From: Verrucomicrobiales bacterium | GTDB lineage: Bacteria > Verrucomicrobiota > Verrucomicrobiia > Verrucomicrobiales > V1-33 | NCBI GenBank assembly: GCA_038210825.1 | Contig: JBBQWG010000011.1 | Location: 29,877-93,876 of the forward strand | Direction: 5' to 3' | Length of the DNA stretch: 64,000 bases | In this document: piece after piece, positions 37,218 to 46,424 of the stretch | Position numbering within the stretch: position 1 is the first letter of the stretch | Layout of the letters: each line of letters begins with the position of its first letter | Made by a program: the position numbers and the translations under genes | Notes under the pieces: generated by a model | What the model was told of the DNA's origin: nothing | What the model saw: the letters and a program-made list of their open reading frames with translations, nothing else | Database searches by the model: none

Positions 37218-39155
37218 TCAGGGTATGGCCTTGAGGAGTGGGCCGCTGAGTTCCCTGACGGCATCCGCTCCTATCAAAAAGACTCCCGGCACCAGACTGT
37301 GGCGGCCATACCAGAGCGGGGCCCGCTCATCGGTGGACATGGGGGCCAACTCCACCCGGACCTGCTGGCTGCGCGCCGGTTTGCCCGCGGCATCTGCGGG
37401 AATATCATAAGCTGCTTCCAGCACCACCGGAGCCTGGGCGAGCACCTGCAGGCTGGTGTCGGACTCGCTTTGCCATGAAACGGCCTGAAGGCTGCCGAGC
37501 CGGGCCGCGAGGGCTTCCGCCGCAGCGGGATCCAGCAAAGGCGTCACTTCTTCCCCGGTCCGGGTGGCTGTCCACACAAAGGAATTGGGAGCAGCCGTCA
37601 GCTCCACGGCCGGAGATCCTCCAAGCCTCTGACGCACCGCGCGGAGCTGTATGCGCTCGAACCCGGGAAGCTGAAGGGTGCGCCAACGGATCAACTGCCG
37701 GGGCACCAGTCCGGCAACCTCCGGACCAACCTGATAGACAAAGGGCTCCCCGGCAAAATTGGCGTAAACCTTGCCCGTCGGCAGAATGCCCAGGCGGAGA
37801 ATCCGGCTGTTGTCCGTGGTGAGGGGAGCAAGGGCTTTCAGGCCGGCGTGTTTGCCGGTGGCAAATGTCAGGGTGACCGCCGGCTGGTCGAGCCCGAACG
37901 GGGCCTTGTCAGTCAGCATATCACTCGAAAATTCGAGGATATCGGCCTCGTTGAGCGACTTGATCAGCTTTTCCACCGCTTCGCCTGCCGCCGCCTGGAA
38001 TTCGTCAGTGCCCTTTTTCCGGACCACCCAGCGTTCGCCAATGCGGTAGAGAGTGACATTGTCACCGGTGGTCAGGTCCACTTCCATGGTGGTGACTTTG
38101 GCAGGATCGATATCGCCGAGGCGGTGATCGCGGAAGGTGTTGGGACTTTCTGCAAGGGCAATGGAATCGACCAGCTCCCGGTCGACTTTAAACTCGACTT
38201 TGCGTTCGCGGTCCCGGCAGATCACTTCGCGGGACGCCGGATCGGCATCCGGGAAAAACGTCAGGGTCACGCCCTTGCGGTCGTAGGCCCCGTCCGGCCA
38301 GAGGGTTACTTCCCCCAGCATTTGACTGGCCGCCACCGCCGCCCCGCTGCCGGTGGTGGCCGTAAAGCCCGTGAGTTTCGCACCGGTGATCATGCCGAGA
38401 AAATCGGCCACCACCGCCTGGTCGGCCCGGGCATTGGGGAGCGGCCGGGAAATCACCCACGGCGTGCCGTCGGCCTCATGGGTGGATTCCCGGCTGATCT
38501 CGATTTCACCTTCGCCCAGATTGATGGAAAACTTGCGGATGCGTTCGGCGGGATACTTGGCAATTGACCGGTCGCGGAATTCGTCAGGCGGCTGGGTGAC
38601 AAACTGGCGGAGGTCCGGACTGACAATATAAATATCACGGCGCGTCTTCACGTCGTTAAACAGGACATACATCGCCTTGCCGAGGGGGGCGGTGCGGCCG
38701 AGTTTCAACTGGATGAGGCGTGCTCCGCCCGGTTTGCGGTAGGTGATTTCGACCGCCCCGCTTTCATCCAGTCCCAGAGCTGAGTCCTTCACCTTGCCGC
38801 TGCGCATTTCCTCCACATCAAGGGTATCAAGGATGCGGGCTTTACTAACAAAATCGAGCAGGGTCCGGATGGTTTCGCGGCTGGCGCGGTCCTTGACCCC
38901 GCGCGCCATCTCCCAGCTCCCATCCTCACTGCGGCGGAAAGCGATGTTGCCCGAGGCGCTCTTCAAATCGATGCCTCCAACCTCATCCGGGGAAATTTCC
39001 AGCGAGACGGATTCATCGCGCAGGATATCCCCCTCCAGATCGAACAGGAAAAAACCGGCGAGGTCGCGCGGGGGCTGGCGGCGTTCATGCAGCAGCACAT
39101 AGGCCGCAAGCCCGGCCGTAAGGAGCAGCAGGAGGATGGTGGTGCTGAGTTTCAC
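37218..39155 (-). CDS. DUF4340-like periplasmic protein, accessory to the ABC-2/GldG system
   Basis: 645 aa with an N-terminal anchor MKLSTTILLLLLTAGLAAYVL and a long beta-rich body. It is the fourth gene of the ATPase-permease-GldG string, the usual position of DUF4340 proteins. Family assignment rests on context and architecture. Confidence 0.55.
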   Translation of the reverse strand: MKLSTTILLLLLTAGLAAYVLLHERRQPPRDLAGFFLFDLEGDILRDESVSLEISPDEVGGIDLKSASGNIAFRRSEDGSWEMARGVKDRASRETIRTLLDFVSKARILDTLDVEEMRSGKVKDSALGLDESGAVEITYRKPGGARLIQLKLGRTAPLGKAMYVLFNDVKTRRDIYIVSPDLRQFVTQPPDEFRDRSIAKYPAERIRKFSINLGEGEIEISRESTHEADGTPWVISRPLPNARADQAVVADFLGMITGAKLTGFTATTGSGAAVAASQMLGEVTLWPDGAYDRKGVTLTFFPDADPASREVICRDRERKVEFKVDRELVDSIALAESPNTFRDHRLGDIDPAKVTTMEVDLTTGDNVTLYRIGERWVVRKKGTDEFQAAAGEAVEKLIKSLNEADILEFSSDMLTDKAPFGLDQPAVTLTFATGKHAGLKALAPLTTDNSRILRLGILPTGKVYANFAGEPFVYQVGPEVAGLVPRQLIRWRTLQLPGFERIQLRAVRQRLGGSPAVELTAAPNSFVWTATRTGEEVTPLLDPAAAEALAARLGSLQAVSWQSESDTSLQVLAQAPVVLEAAYDIPADAAGKPARSQQVRVELAPMSTDERAPLWYGRHSLVPGVFLIGADAVRELSGPLLKAIP

Positions 39156-39168
39156 AAGGGCTGGGAAG

Positions 39169-40713
39169 CTAGTTGCGGCGGCTGCTCCAGACCATCAGGC
39201 CGGTCATCAGGGCAGCCAATGGCAGAATGATGGTGGTGGTCCAGAAGACGCGCTGCCACTGTTCGGGTTTGATCATGATGCGGAAGCGGTGCTTGGTTTT
39301 GTCTGTGGCACTGTCGTTGGGAGCCACCACATCACGGTGCAGCATCCAGTTGAGGCTGTTGGTCAGGAAATCGTAATTCTGGGCATTGATGCTGTCCGGA
39401 TCCGCAAAGGCACTGTTGCCCGTAACGATCAGGCGGGAACTCTTGACCTGCACCCTTGGATCTTTGGCAGCTCCGCGCTCGGCGGAGACAGCGAGGTAGA
39501 TCGGCGGTCCATTGTCGGTGCCCTCATCAAACCTGGGCAGGGCCTCCTCAAAATCCATTTCCCCCCAGAAAGTATCCGCCGGCGGCGAGAGCAGCGGCTT
39601 GACATCGATATTTTCAGCGCGCTGTTTTTCCGTGCCGGTTTCCACTTTCAAAGACCTGCTTTGGTCAAGAAACAGGGTGTTCTGGCTAACCATGCCGGCG
39701 GTGATCGGCGAGCCGTCGAGAAACCGGGCATCTACATCAAAACGCTTCACCGGTCCGGAGGCAGTGCTCCGGGCCGTCAGCACCCGGTCGTTCTGGGGCA
39801 CAATGCCATAGGTGGCAAGGAACTTGTCCAAGCCCGGGGTGACGTTGGCGGGATTCAACATAAACATGATGGAATGCCCTGGAGTTTCAAGAAACTGCTT
39901 CAAGATTTGTTCCTCCCGTGCGGTGATATCCACCGGCGCAATCCAGAGCAACGCCGCCAGATGCGAGGAGTCCGCCTCATCGTCGCGGATCTGAAATGGC
40001 TCAATGTCGATATTTTGCAGACTGGCGATCTCCCGGAGGATGTCATAAACCGAAGTCCGGTCAGGCAAAATGCGCCATTTGCCCAGGCCGGCCACAATCC
40101 CCAACACCGGCCGGTCAACACTGGTGACCCCGCGGATAGCCGCATTGAGCAGGCTCTCTCCTTTGAAAGCAGTGGCCGTTTTTTTGACAGGATCGATCTC
40201 ATAGAGCGCGTCCTCGGAAATGAACTTGAACGAATTCTGACCTGTCTTGTTTTTGGCGGGCCCATCCGCCTGAACCAGCAGTCCGTTGGTTTCCACGGTC
40301 AGACGGGACTTGAACATCTGGGCTTTAAAAGATTCATAAGCCTGCACATCCCGGCGGGTGTCGATCACCTTGATCTCGACCCGGCCTTTCATGGTCTCCT
40401 TGTATTTGCCGAGGAGCGCACTGAGGTCCTTCTCGGCATCGGACCCCCGGATGGTCAGGGCGGTAATCCGGATCGGCACCGTGACTTTCTTGAGGAAATC
40501 CGTGGTGCTGTCCGCCAGGGTGAACTTGCGGTCGAAGGTGTAGTCCCACTGCTTGAAATGCCGGGAGGCAAGGTAATTGGCCAGACCGAAAAGGATCAGC
40601 ATGAGGAGCACCTGCACGGCGACATTAAATGTAATGCGCAGCCGCTGGATACGGGGCACCCTGACATCGGCGTCTGACACTTCAGCACGATCGGGAGGAG
40701 AATCCGGGGGCAT
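39169..40713 (-). CDS. GldG-family ABC-transport auxiliary protein
   Basis: 514 aa with N-terminal and C-terminal TM anchors (VQVLLMLILFGLANYL; FWTTTIILPLAALMTGLMVW) flanking a large periplasmic domain. Immediately downstream of the ABC-2 permease. Confidence 0.6.
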   Translation of the reverse strand: MPPDSPPDRAEVSDADVRVPRIQRLRITFNVAVQVLLMLILFGLANYLASRHFKQWDYTFDRKFTLADSTTDFLKKVTVPIRITALTIRGSDAEKDLSALLGKYKETMKGRVEIKVIDTRRDVQAYESFKAQMFKSRLTVETNGLLVQADGPAKNKTGQNSFKFISEDALYEIDPVKKTATAFKGESLLNAAIRGVTSVDRPVLGIVAGLGKWRILPDRTSVYDILREIASLQNIDIEPFQIRDDEADSSHLAALLWIAPVDITAREEQILKQFLETPGHSIMFMLNPANVTPGLDKFLATYGIVPQNDRVLTARSTASGPVKRFDVDARFLDGSPITAGMVSQNTLFLDQSRSLKVETGTEKQRAENIDVKPLLSPPADTFWGEMDFEEALPRFDEGTDNGPPIYLAVSAERGAAKDPRVQVKSSRLIVTGNSAFADPDSINAQNYDFLTNSLNWMLHRDVVAPNDSATDKTKHRFRIMIKPEQWQRVFWTTTIILPLAALMTGLMVWSSRRN

Positions 40714-40768
40714 GGGATGAGAGAAAATTTATATATGTCAGGACGAAGATCAACGGCAACTGGGCCGC

Positions 40769-41527
40769 TCAGGCTTTCCACCGGCGGTATTCCAGCACCT
40801 GATGAGTGATCATCAACACAAGGACGGTGCCGCTGAGGTAGTAGGCTAAGGGGCGGGAATCGATCAGTCCAAGCGTGAAATAATCCATGTGCCGCAGGGT
40901 GACCGCCTGGTCCAGCACCGGCCGCATGCGGTCCGGATTTTCCTGGGAAAGATACATCAGGAAGGTGCCGGCGAGAAAGTGCAGCAGAATGAGGGCATAA
41001 CCCAGAATGGCGGCAATGATCTGATTGCGGGTGAGCGACGAGGCGAGGCAGCCAATCGCAATGTGAAACAGGCCGGTGACAAACAGAATCAGATAGCTGC
41101 CTCCGAGCGCCCCCATGGGAATTTCCACTTCACCGCGCATAATCCAATGGAGCAGGCCAAAATACAGCAGAGCCGGGAGCCAGAGGATGCAGTAGAAGAT
41201 CATGGCCGAACTGTATTTCGCCATCAGCACCTGCCAGGTCCGAACCGGAGCGGTCAGGAGGCTTTCAAGGGTGCCCGCCCGTTGTTCCTCGGCAAACAAC
41301 CGCATCGTGATCAGCGGAAAAAGGAAGAAATAATAATACCAGAACCACTGCGGAAAGAAGGTCCAGCGCACGATGCTGTAATCGGAGGGTTTCTCGCGCA
41401 GCAGGCCAATTGATAGGCTGAAGGATTGGCCGGTGATGACCATGAACAGAGCCAGCACTACCCAGGCCACGGGAGACAAAAAGAAGGCCCGGAGTTCCTT
41501 GCCGAGCAGAATGAGAAAGGTGCGCAT
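40769..41527 (-). CDS. ABC-2 type transporter permease
   Basis: 252 aa with ~6 TM helices. N-terminus MRTFLILLGKELRAFFLSPVAWVVLALFM is typical of ABC-2 permeases. Adjacent to the ABC ATPase. Confidence 0.7.
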   Translation of the reverse strand: MRTFLILLGKELRAFFLSPVAWVVLALFMVITGQSFSLSIGLLREKPSDYSIVRWTFFPQWFWYYYFFLFPLITMRLFAEEQRAGTLESLLTAPVRTWQVLMAKYSSAMIFYCILWLPALLYFGLLHWIMRGEVEIPMGALGGSYLILFVTGLFHIAIGCLASSLTRNQIIAAILGYALILLHFLAGTFLMYLSQENPDRMRPVLDQAVTLRHMDYFTLGLIDSRPLAYYLSGTVLVLMITHQVLEYRRWKA

Positions 41528-41559
41528 GTTTTGTCAGTAAAAAAGAAAATGGGCCGGGA

Positions 41560-42495
41560 TCAGTCGCGCTGGGTCAGCTCCACAAAGACATCTTCGAGGG
41601 TGGCGGTGTGCTGGGTCAGTTCGCGCAGGGGCCAGTGGCGGTCGCGGGCAAGCTCGGAGATGGCAACGCGCACTTCATGCCCGGGTTCCACGCGCAGTTC
41701 AAACCGGTGCCAGCCGCCGCCGGCGTCGGTGGCCACCAGCCGGCGCACGTGCTCAAGGGCCGTCAGCTTTTCCTGGGCTTCCTCCGGCACGGCCTTGAGT
41801 TCCACGCTGACGGTGCCACTGGACTGGAGGTTGTTGGCGAGGGCGTCCGGAGTGTCATCGGCCCGGATCGTTCCTTTGTTGATGATGATCACCCGGCGGC
41901 AGCTCATCTGCACTTCGCTGAGGATGTGGGTGGACAGCAACACGGTATGCTCCCCTGCCAATTGCGTGATCAGACTGCGCACCTGACGGATTTGGTTGGG
42001 GTCGAGGCCATTGGTAGGCTCATCCAGAATCAGGAGCCGGGGGCGGTGCACCAGGGCATCGGCCAGACCGACCCGCTGACGGAATCCTTTGGACAGGGTG
42101 CCAATCATCTTTTTCTTCACCTCGGTCAGGCCGCAATACTCCATGGCCCGCTCCACACTGCTGCGCACTTCCCTGATTTTGACTCCTTTCAGCGCGGCCC
42201 GGAAGGTCAGGTATTCAGCAACCCGCATGTCTTCATAGAGTGGAACATTTTCGGGCATAAACCCGATCTCGCGCCGGACTTTCAGGGAATCATTGAACAC
42301 ATCATGCCCGCTGATGGCAGCCCGGCCGCTGGTGGGAGGGAGGTAACCTGTCAGCATTCGCATCGTAGTGGACTTGCCAGCCCCGTTGGGCCCAAGAAAT
42401 CCCACAATCTCCCCTGGCTGCACCTGAAACGAAATTCCGTCCACTGCGGTCCGCCCGGAAAAGCGTTTCGTCAGGTTTTGCACATCAATCATCAT
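41560..42495 (-). CDS. ABC transporter ATP-binding protein
   Basis: Walker A GPNGAGKST, signature LSKGFRQR, Walker B LLILDEPTNGLD. ATG 42495/42492 (MMIDVQNLTKRF) is preferred over the track start 42597. Confidence 0.9.
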   Translation of the reverse strand: MMIDVQNLTKRFSGRTAVDGISFQVQPGEIVGFLGPNGAGKSTTMRMLTGYLPPTSGRAAISGHDVFNDSLKVRREIGFMPENVPLYEDMRVAEYLTFRAALKGVKIREVRSSVERAMEYCGLTEVKKKMIGTLSKGFRQRVGLADALVHRPRLLILDEPTNGLDPNQIRQVRSLITQLAGEHTVLLSTHILSEVQMSCRRVIIINKGTIRADDTPDALANNLQSSGTVSVELKAVPEEAQEKLTALEHVRRLVATDAGGGWHRFELRVEPGHEVRVAISELARDRHWPLRELTQHTATLEDVFVELTQRD

Positions 42496-42761
42496 AGGAC
42501 ACAAAAGGAGTAAGGCCCTCAGGGCACCGGAGCGGGACGCAGGAGGGGCCGCCTTCATACCCTGCGGGGGCGGAGTTGGCAACAACCACTTCATCAAGGG
42601 GCGGACCGGCCCGCCGGGGAATCTTTAATTTTCCGGCGGCGGGCCGACAGTTCGTGTGCGGTGGAGGGTAGTTCTGCGGTGAAACTTCGCCTTGCGGGGG
42701 GGGGCTTTCAGCGTTTCCACAAGTGTTCCGGCCCATCCTGCCCGGTCCACCGCGCTTCTGC

Positions 42762-43784
42762 ATGAGTCATTCCACGCCCGACCCTACTCCCTGCGTCACC
42801 ACCATCATCGGCACCGGCAGTTACCTGCCGGAACAGGTGCTCAGCAACGCGGATCTGGCGAAAATCGTGGACACTTCGGATGAATGGATTGTTTCCCGCA
42901 CCGGGATCCACGAACGCCGCATCGCGGCCGCCGGGGAAACCACCAGTGATATGTGCACCATGGCCGCGCGGCGCGCCATGGAAAGTGCCGGCATCACGGC
43001 CGACGAAATTGATCTCATCATCGTGGGCACAGTCACTCCCGACAGCCTGTTTCCCTCCACGGCCTGTTATGTGCAGAAGAATCTCGGAGCTTCCCGGGCG
43101 GTGGCTTTTGATGTCAGTGCCGCTTGCGCCGGATTCCTCTACGCCATGCAAATTGCCCGCCATTTCATCAACGGGGGCAACCGCGCAACCGCCCTCATCA
43201 TCGGAGCGGACAAACTGTCAGCCCTCATCGATTGGACGGACCGGAATACCTGCGTCCTTTTTGGCGACGGGGCCGGAGCCGCCATCCTGCGGCGCCGAGA
43301 TCCCAATGACAGCTCCAACACTTCCGGCCTCCTGTCCTCGGTGCTCGCCACCGACGGCACCCTGACTGGAATCCTGCATGCGCCTGGCATCGGCAGCGCC
43401 CAGACCACGCCTCCGAAGGCAGCCGTAGTCCCCGCGCCGATCATCCACATGATGGGCAAGGAAGTTTTCAAGGCGGCAGTCAAGAACACCTGCGAGGCCT
43501 GCGAAGCGGCGATCTCCCGCGCGGGCCTGACGGCGGCAGATATTGATCTGATCATTCCCCACCAGGCCAATGTGCGCATCGTCGATGCCATCCGCGAGCG
43601 GCTGGGCCTGCCTCCGGAAAAAGCCTTTCTCAACCTCCAGAAATACGGCAACACCAGCGGCGCGGCTATTGCCATTGCCCTTGATGAGGCCTCCCGTGCT
43701 GGCATCATCAGGAAAGGAGACAACGTGCTGCTGGTGGCCTTTGGTGCCGGATTCGCATGGGCCGCTAGTGTGATCCGCTGGTAA
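42762..43784 (+). CDS. fabH: 3-oxoacyl-ACP synthase III
   Basis: IIGTGSYLPEQVLSNADL..DEWIVSRTGI; active-site AACAGF; PHQANVRI; YGNTSGAAI. The ATG at 42762 was verified in the sequence. Confidence 0.9.
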   Translation: MSHSTPDPTPCVTTIIGTGSYLPEQVLSNADLAKIVDTSDEWIVSRTGIHERRIAAAGETTSDMCTMAARRAMESAGITADEIDLIIVGTVTPDSLFPSTACYVQKNLGASRAVAFDVSAACAGFLYAMQIARHFINGGNRATALIIGADKLSALIDWTDRNTCVLFGDGAGAAILRRRDPNDSSNTSGLLSSVLATDGTLTGILHAPGIGSAQTTPPKAAVVPAPIIHMMGKEVFKAAVKNTCEACEAAISRAGLTAADIDLIIPHQANVRIVDAIRERLGLPPEKAFLNLQKYGNTSGAAIAIALDEASRAGIIRKGDNVLLVAFGAGFAWAASVIRW

Positions 43785-43787
43785 TGA

Positions 43788-45335
43788 TCAATCCACCCGG
43801 TCCTGGCCCCGGTCCCCGGCCCCGAACAATTGCGCCCACACTCCAGTCCGCTGCTGCCAGAGCCGCCACTGTTCCTCACTGAAGATTCCTGCCATTTTTT
43901 CATTCAGGTCCTCATTCGCTGCTTCCACCGGAAACGGGATATGCGCACGCCGGGTGAGGGCAGGATCCGTAGCAAAAAGGGCGAACAGCTGGTCCTTCTG
44001 AGAATCTGTCAGATGCAGGGTAGTCTGGACTTCACCCAGCAGGCGGTTGGCCAAAATTTCCCGGTTCCCACGCTCCTCATCGGCCAGAAAAGCTTCGTAT
44101 TCCTGATACTGCTCCGCGTCCAGCACGGCAGCAATCGTTTGATCCCTCTGCGCGAGGATCGCGCCGGGATCCCGTCCGGTCCCGTCTGCCTCGTTGTTGC
44201 CATGCATCGCTTTCAGGTCCTGTTCCGCAGCGTCGGTCGCCTCTGCGATGGCCGCCACCTGATAGTGCTCCAAAACAAGCTGTTCCTGCAGGGCCGCCAG
44301 CCGTGCGTCGCGTTGTTGTTGCCGCTGCAGGCCGCGCCAGTGCTCCATTTTGGCCCGGCGGTCACCCCGGCCTTCCCGTCTCTCTGCAGGCCGGGCCAGG
44401 GCTGGGGGCCCGCCCGCAGAATCGGTGCCGGCAGCCTCATCACTCCGGGCGGTCACCCGCTGGTCCGGATGCCGGGATGGCGACGCCGGGGAGCTGACCA
44501 CGAGAAGGGAGGCCAGCGTGGCGTTCTCGGATTTCAACTGTCCAATCCGGTGGGCCTGCCATGAAACCGGCACCATGGCCACCGCCGCGCAAACCGCCAG
44601 CAACTGCGGTTTGGTCAGGGCCACCGCCTTGAGAAGCAGCACTCCACCGGGACCGGTGGCCGGAACCTGTGCCGCCACCGCCGAAAGACTAGCCGATAGT
44701 CCGGCGGGTGCCGCCTTGACCGCTTCCGGCAGGACCGTCACCGCAAGGACCGCTGCCGATGCCGGCAGCCCCCGGCGGCGGAAAAGCGCTGACAATTTTT
44801 CCAAAGCCCGGGCCACCCGCTTGCGTGCCGCTTCCTCCGTAGTGCCGAGGGCGGCCCCGGTCTCACGAAGACTCAAACCCCGCATGAACCGCAGCACGAG
44901 GGCCTCCCGGTCCGGCTCTGCCAGGTCTGACATGGCGTCATCCAGCACGGGCATCAATTCCCGGCGGTGCCGGGCTTCCTCTGCTTCATTCATGGCGTGG
45001 GGGTCTGTGGTGGAAATATGTGATTCTTCCGCGTAACGCCGTTCCCGTTGGGCCCGCCGGATTTCATCGCGCTGACGGCGGGCGGCTTCCAGCAGGGTGC
45101 TTTTATACAGCCAGCCGCCCACGCTGGCCCGGCTGCTCAGGACGGCCGCCTTGGTGGCGAGAGCAAGGAATACATTCTGGGCTACATCCGCAGCCAGTTC
45201 CGGTTGCCCGGTGCGGCGCAGCGCAGTGCTGAATACCATGTCCTGATGCCGCTGCACCAGATCCTGAAACGACCGTTCATTGCGGCTCAAGGCAAACTCC
45301 CGGAGCAATTGCCCGTCTGTTAGGGTAGCGGTCAT
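43788..45335 (-). CDS. ECF-type sigma-70 factor fused to a TM segment and a ~270-aa C-terminal extension
   Basis: Region 2: FQDLVQRHQDMVFSTALRRTG..AADVAQNVFLAL. Region 4: EPDREALVLRFMRGLSLRETGAALGTTEEAARKRVARALEKL. Hydrophobic segment LLAVCAAVAMVPVSW, then a charged helical C-terminus. ATG 45335 was verified. Confidence 0.75.
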   Translation of the reverse strand: MTATLTDGQLLREFALSRNERSFQDLVQRHQDMVFSTALRRTGQPELAADVAQNVFLALATKAAVLSSRASVGGWLYKSTLLEAARRQRDEIRRAQRERRYAEESHISTTDPHAMNEAEEARHRRELMPVLDDAMSDLAEPDREALVLRFMRGLSLRETGAALGTTEEAARKRVARALEKLSALFRRRGLPASAAVLAVTVLPEAVKAAPAGLSASLSAVAAQVPATGPGGVLLLKAVALTKPQLLAVCAAVAMVPVSWQAHRIGQLKSENATLASLLVVSSPASPSRHPDQRVTARSDEAAGTDSAGGPPALARPAERREGRGDRRAKMEHWRGLQRQQQRDARLAALQEQLVLEHYQVAAIAEATDAAEQDLKAMHGNNEADGTGRDPGAILAQRDQTIAAVLDAEQYQEYEAFLADEERGNREILANRLLGEVQTTLHLTDSQKDQLFALFATDPALTRRAHIPFPVEAANEDLNEKMAGIFSEEQWRLWQQRTGVWAQLFGAGDRGQDRVD

Positions 45336-45503
45336 GCGGGAAGCAGCGTCATGGGGATTCTCTCTCAATACTGCCCCGTTCCGCCGAACCGGACAGAATA
45401 ATTGGCCTCCCGCTGAAATTTTCCGTCCGGTCGGGCGTCGGGCGGAAGAAGTCTGGTGCGGAGTTTCTTCCGCACTGCACCCCATTACCTCAATCCAGTT
45501 CTC

Positions 45504-46379
45504 ATGAAAACATCAATCCTCCTCACCTTTGCCCTCCTTTCGACCTCGGCATTCGCTGAATCCGGCGCCGTGGATGAAGTCAAAGCCGCCGCCAAAAAGC
45601 TCTCCGAAGCCGCCAACTACAGCTGGACCACCACCACTCAGGTCCCGGAAGAAAGCCGCTTCCGCCCCGGTCCCATCAATGGCAAGGCCGGTCAGGATGG
45701 TTTTGCCAGGGTCACAACCACCATGGGCGATCGCACTAACGAAACGATTTTCAAAGCCGGCAAATCCGTCGTCAAAACCAACGATGGCTGGCAAACCCCG
45801 GAAGAGAGGCGCAATGCCCGCGGCGAGGGCGGCGGCAACCGTCCGGAAGGAGCCCGCCGCGAAGGAGCCGGTGGCGGCAATCGCGGCGAAGGGGGCCGCG
45901 GGCCGGGCGGCGGCGGCGGATGGGGTGGCGGCCGCGGAGCCCTCGCCTTCAAAACGCCTGCCGACCAGGCGGGCGATCTCGCAGGCAAGGTCAAAGCCCT
46001 CGCCAAAGACGGCGACGTTCTCAGCGGCGACCTGACTGATGAAGCCCTCAAGGAAATGCTGACGATGGGTGGACGACGCCGCGATGGCAGCGAAGCTCCC
46101 ACTCCAACCGGTGCCAAAGGCTCGGTGAAATTCTGGATCAAGGACGGGGTGCTGGCCAAATACGAAACTTCGGTCGCCGGCACCATCAGCTTCAATAGCA
46201 ACGAAATGAAACTGGACCGCACCGCCACCACCGAAATCAAGGATGTGGGCACCACCACGGTGGATATTCCTGATGAGGCGAAAAAGAAGATCGAAAGCGC
46301 CCCTGCGGCTCCCGCCCCCGCCGCCCCCGCCGCCCCGGCTGCTCCGGCTGCTCCTGCTCCTCCTGCCGGGGATCAATAA
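45504..46379 (+). CDS. Secreted hypothetical protein with a Gly/Arg-rich core and a (PA)n tail
   Basis: ATG 45504 gives MKTSILLTFALLSTSAFA, a signal peptide. Central GEGGGNRPEGARREGAGGGNRGEGGRGPGGGGGWGGGRG. C-terminal APAAPAPAAPAAPAAPAAPAPPAG. Transcribed divergently from the ECF sigma gene. Confidence 0.55.
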   Translation: MKTSILLTFALLSTSAFAESGAVDEVKAAAKKLSEAANYSWTTTTQVPEESRFRPGPINGKAGQDGFARVTTTMGDRTNETIFKAGKSVVKTNDGWQTPEERRNARGEGGGNRPEGARREGAGGGNRGEGGRGPGGGGGWGGGRGALAFKTPADQAGDLAGKVKALAKDGDVLSGDLTDEALKEMLTMGGRRRDGSEAPTPTGAKGSVKFWIKDGVLAKYETSVAGTISFNSNEMKLDRTATTEIKDVGTTTVDIPDEAKKKIESAPAAPAPAAPAAPAAPAAPAPPAGDQ

Positions 46380-46424
46380 GGCCCACCCAGCCGCGCTGGA
46401 CTTCCACTCCCCACCCACAAACTC

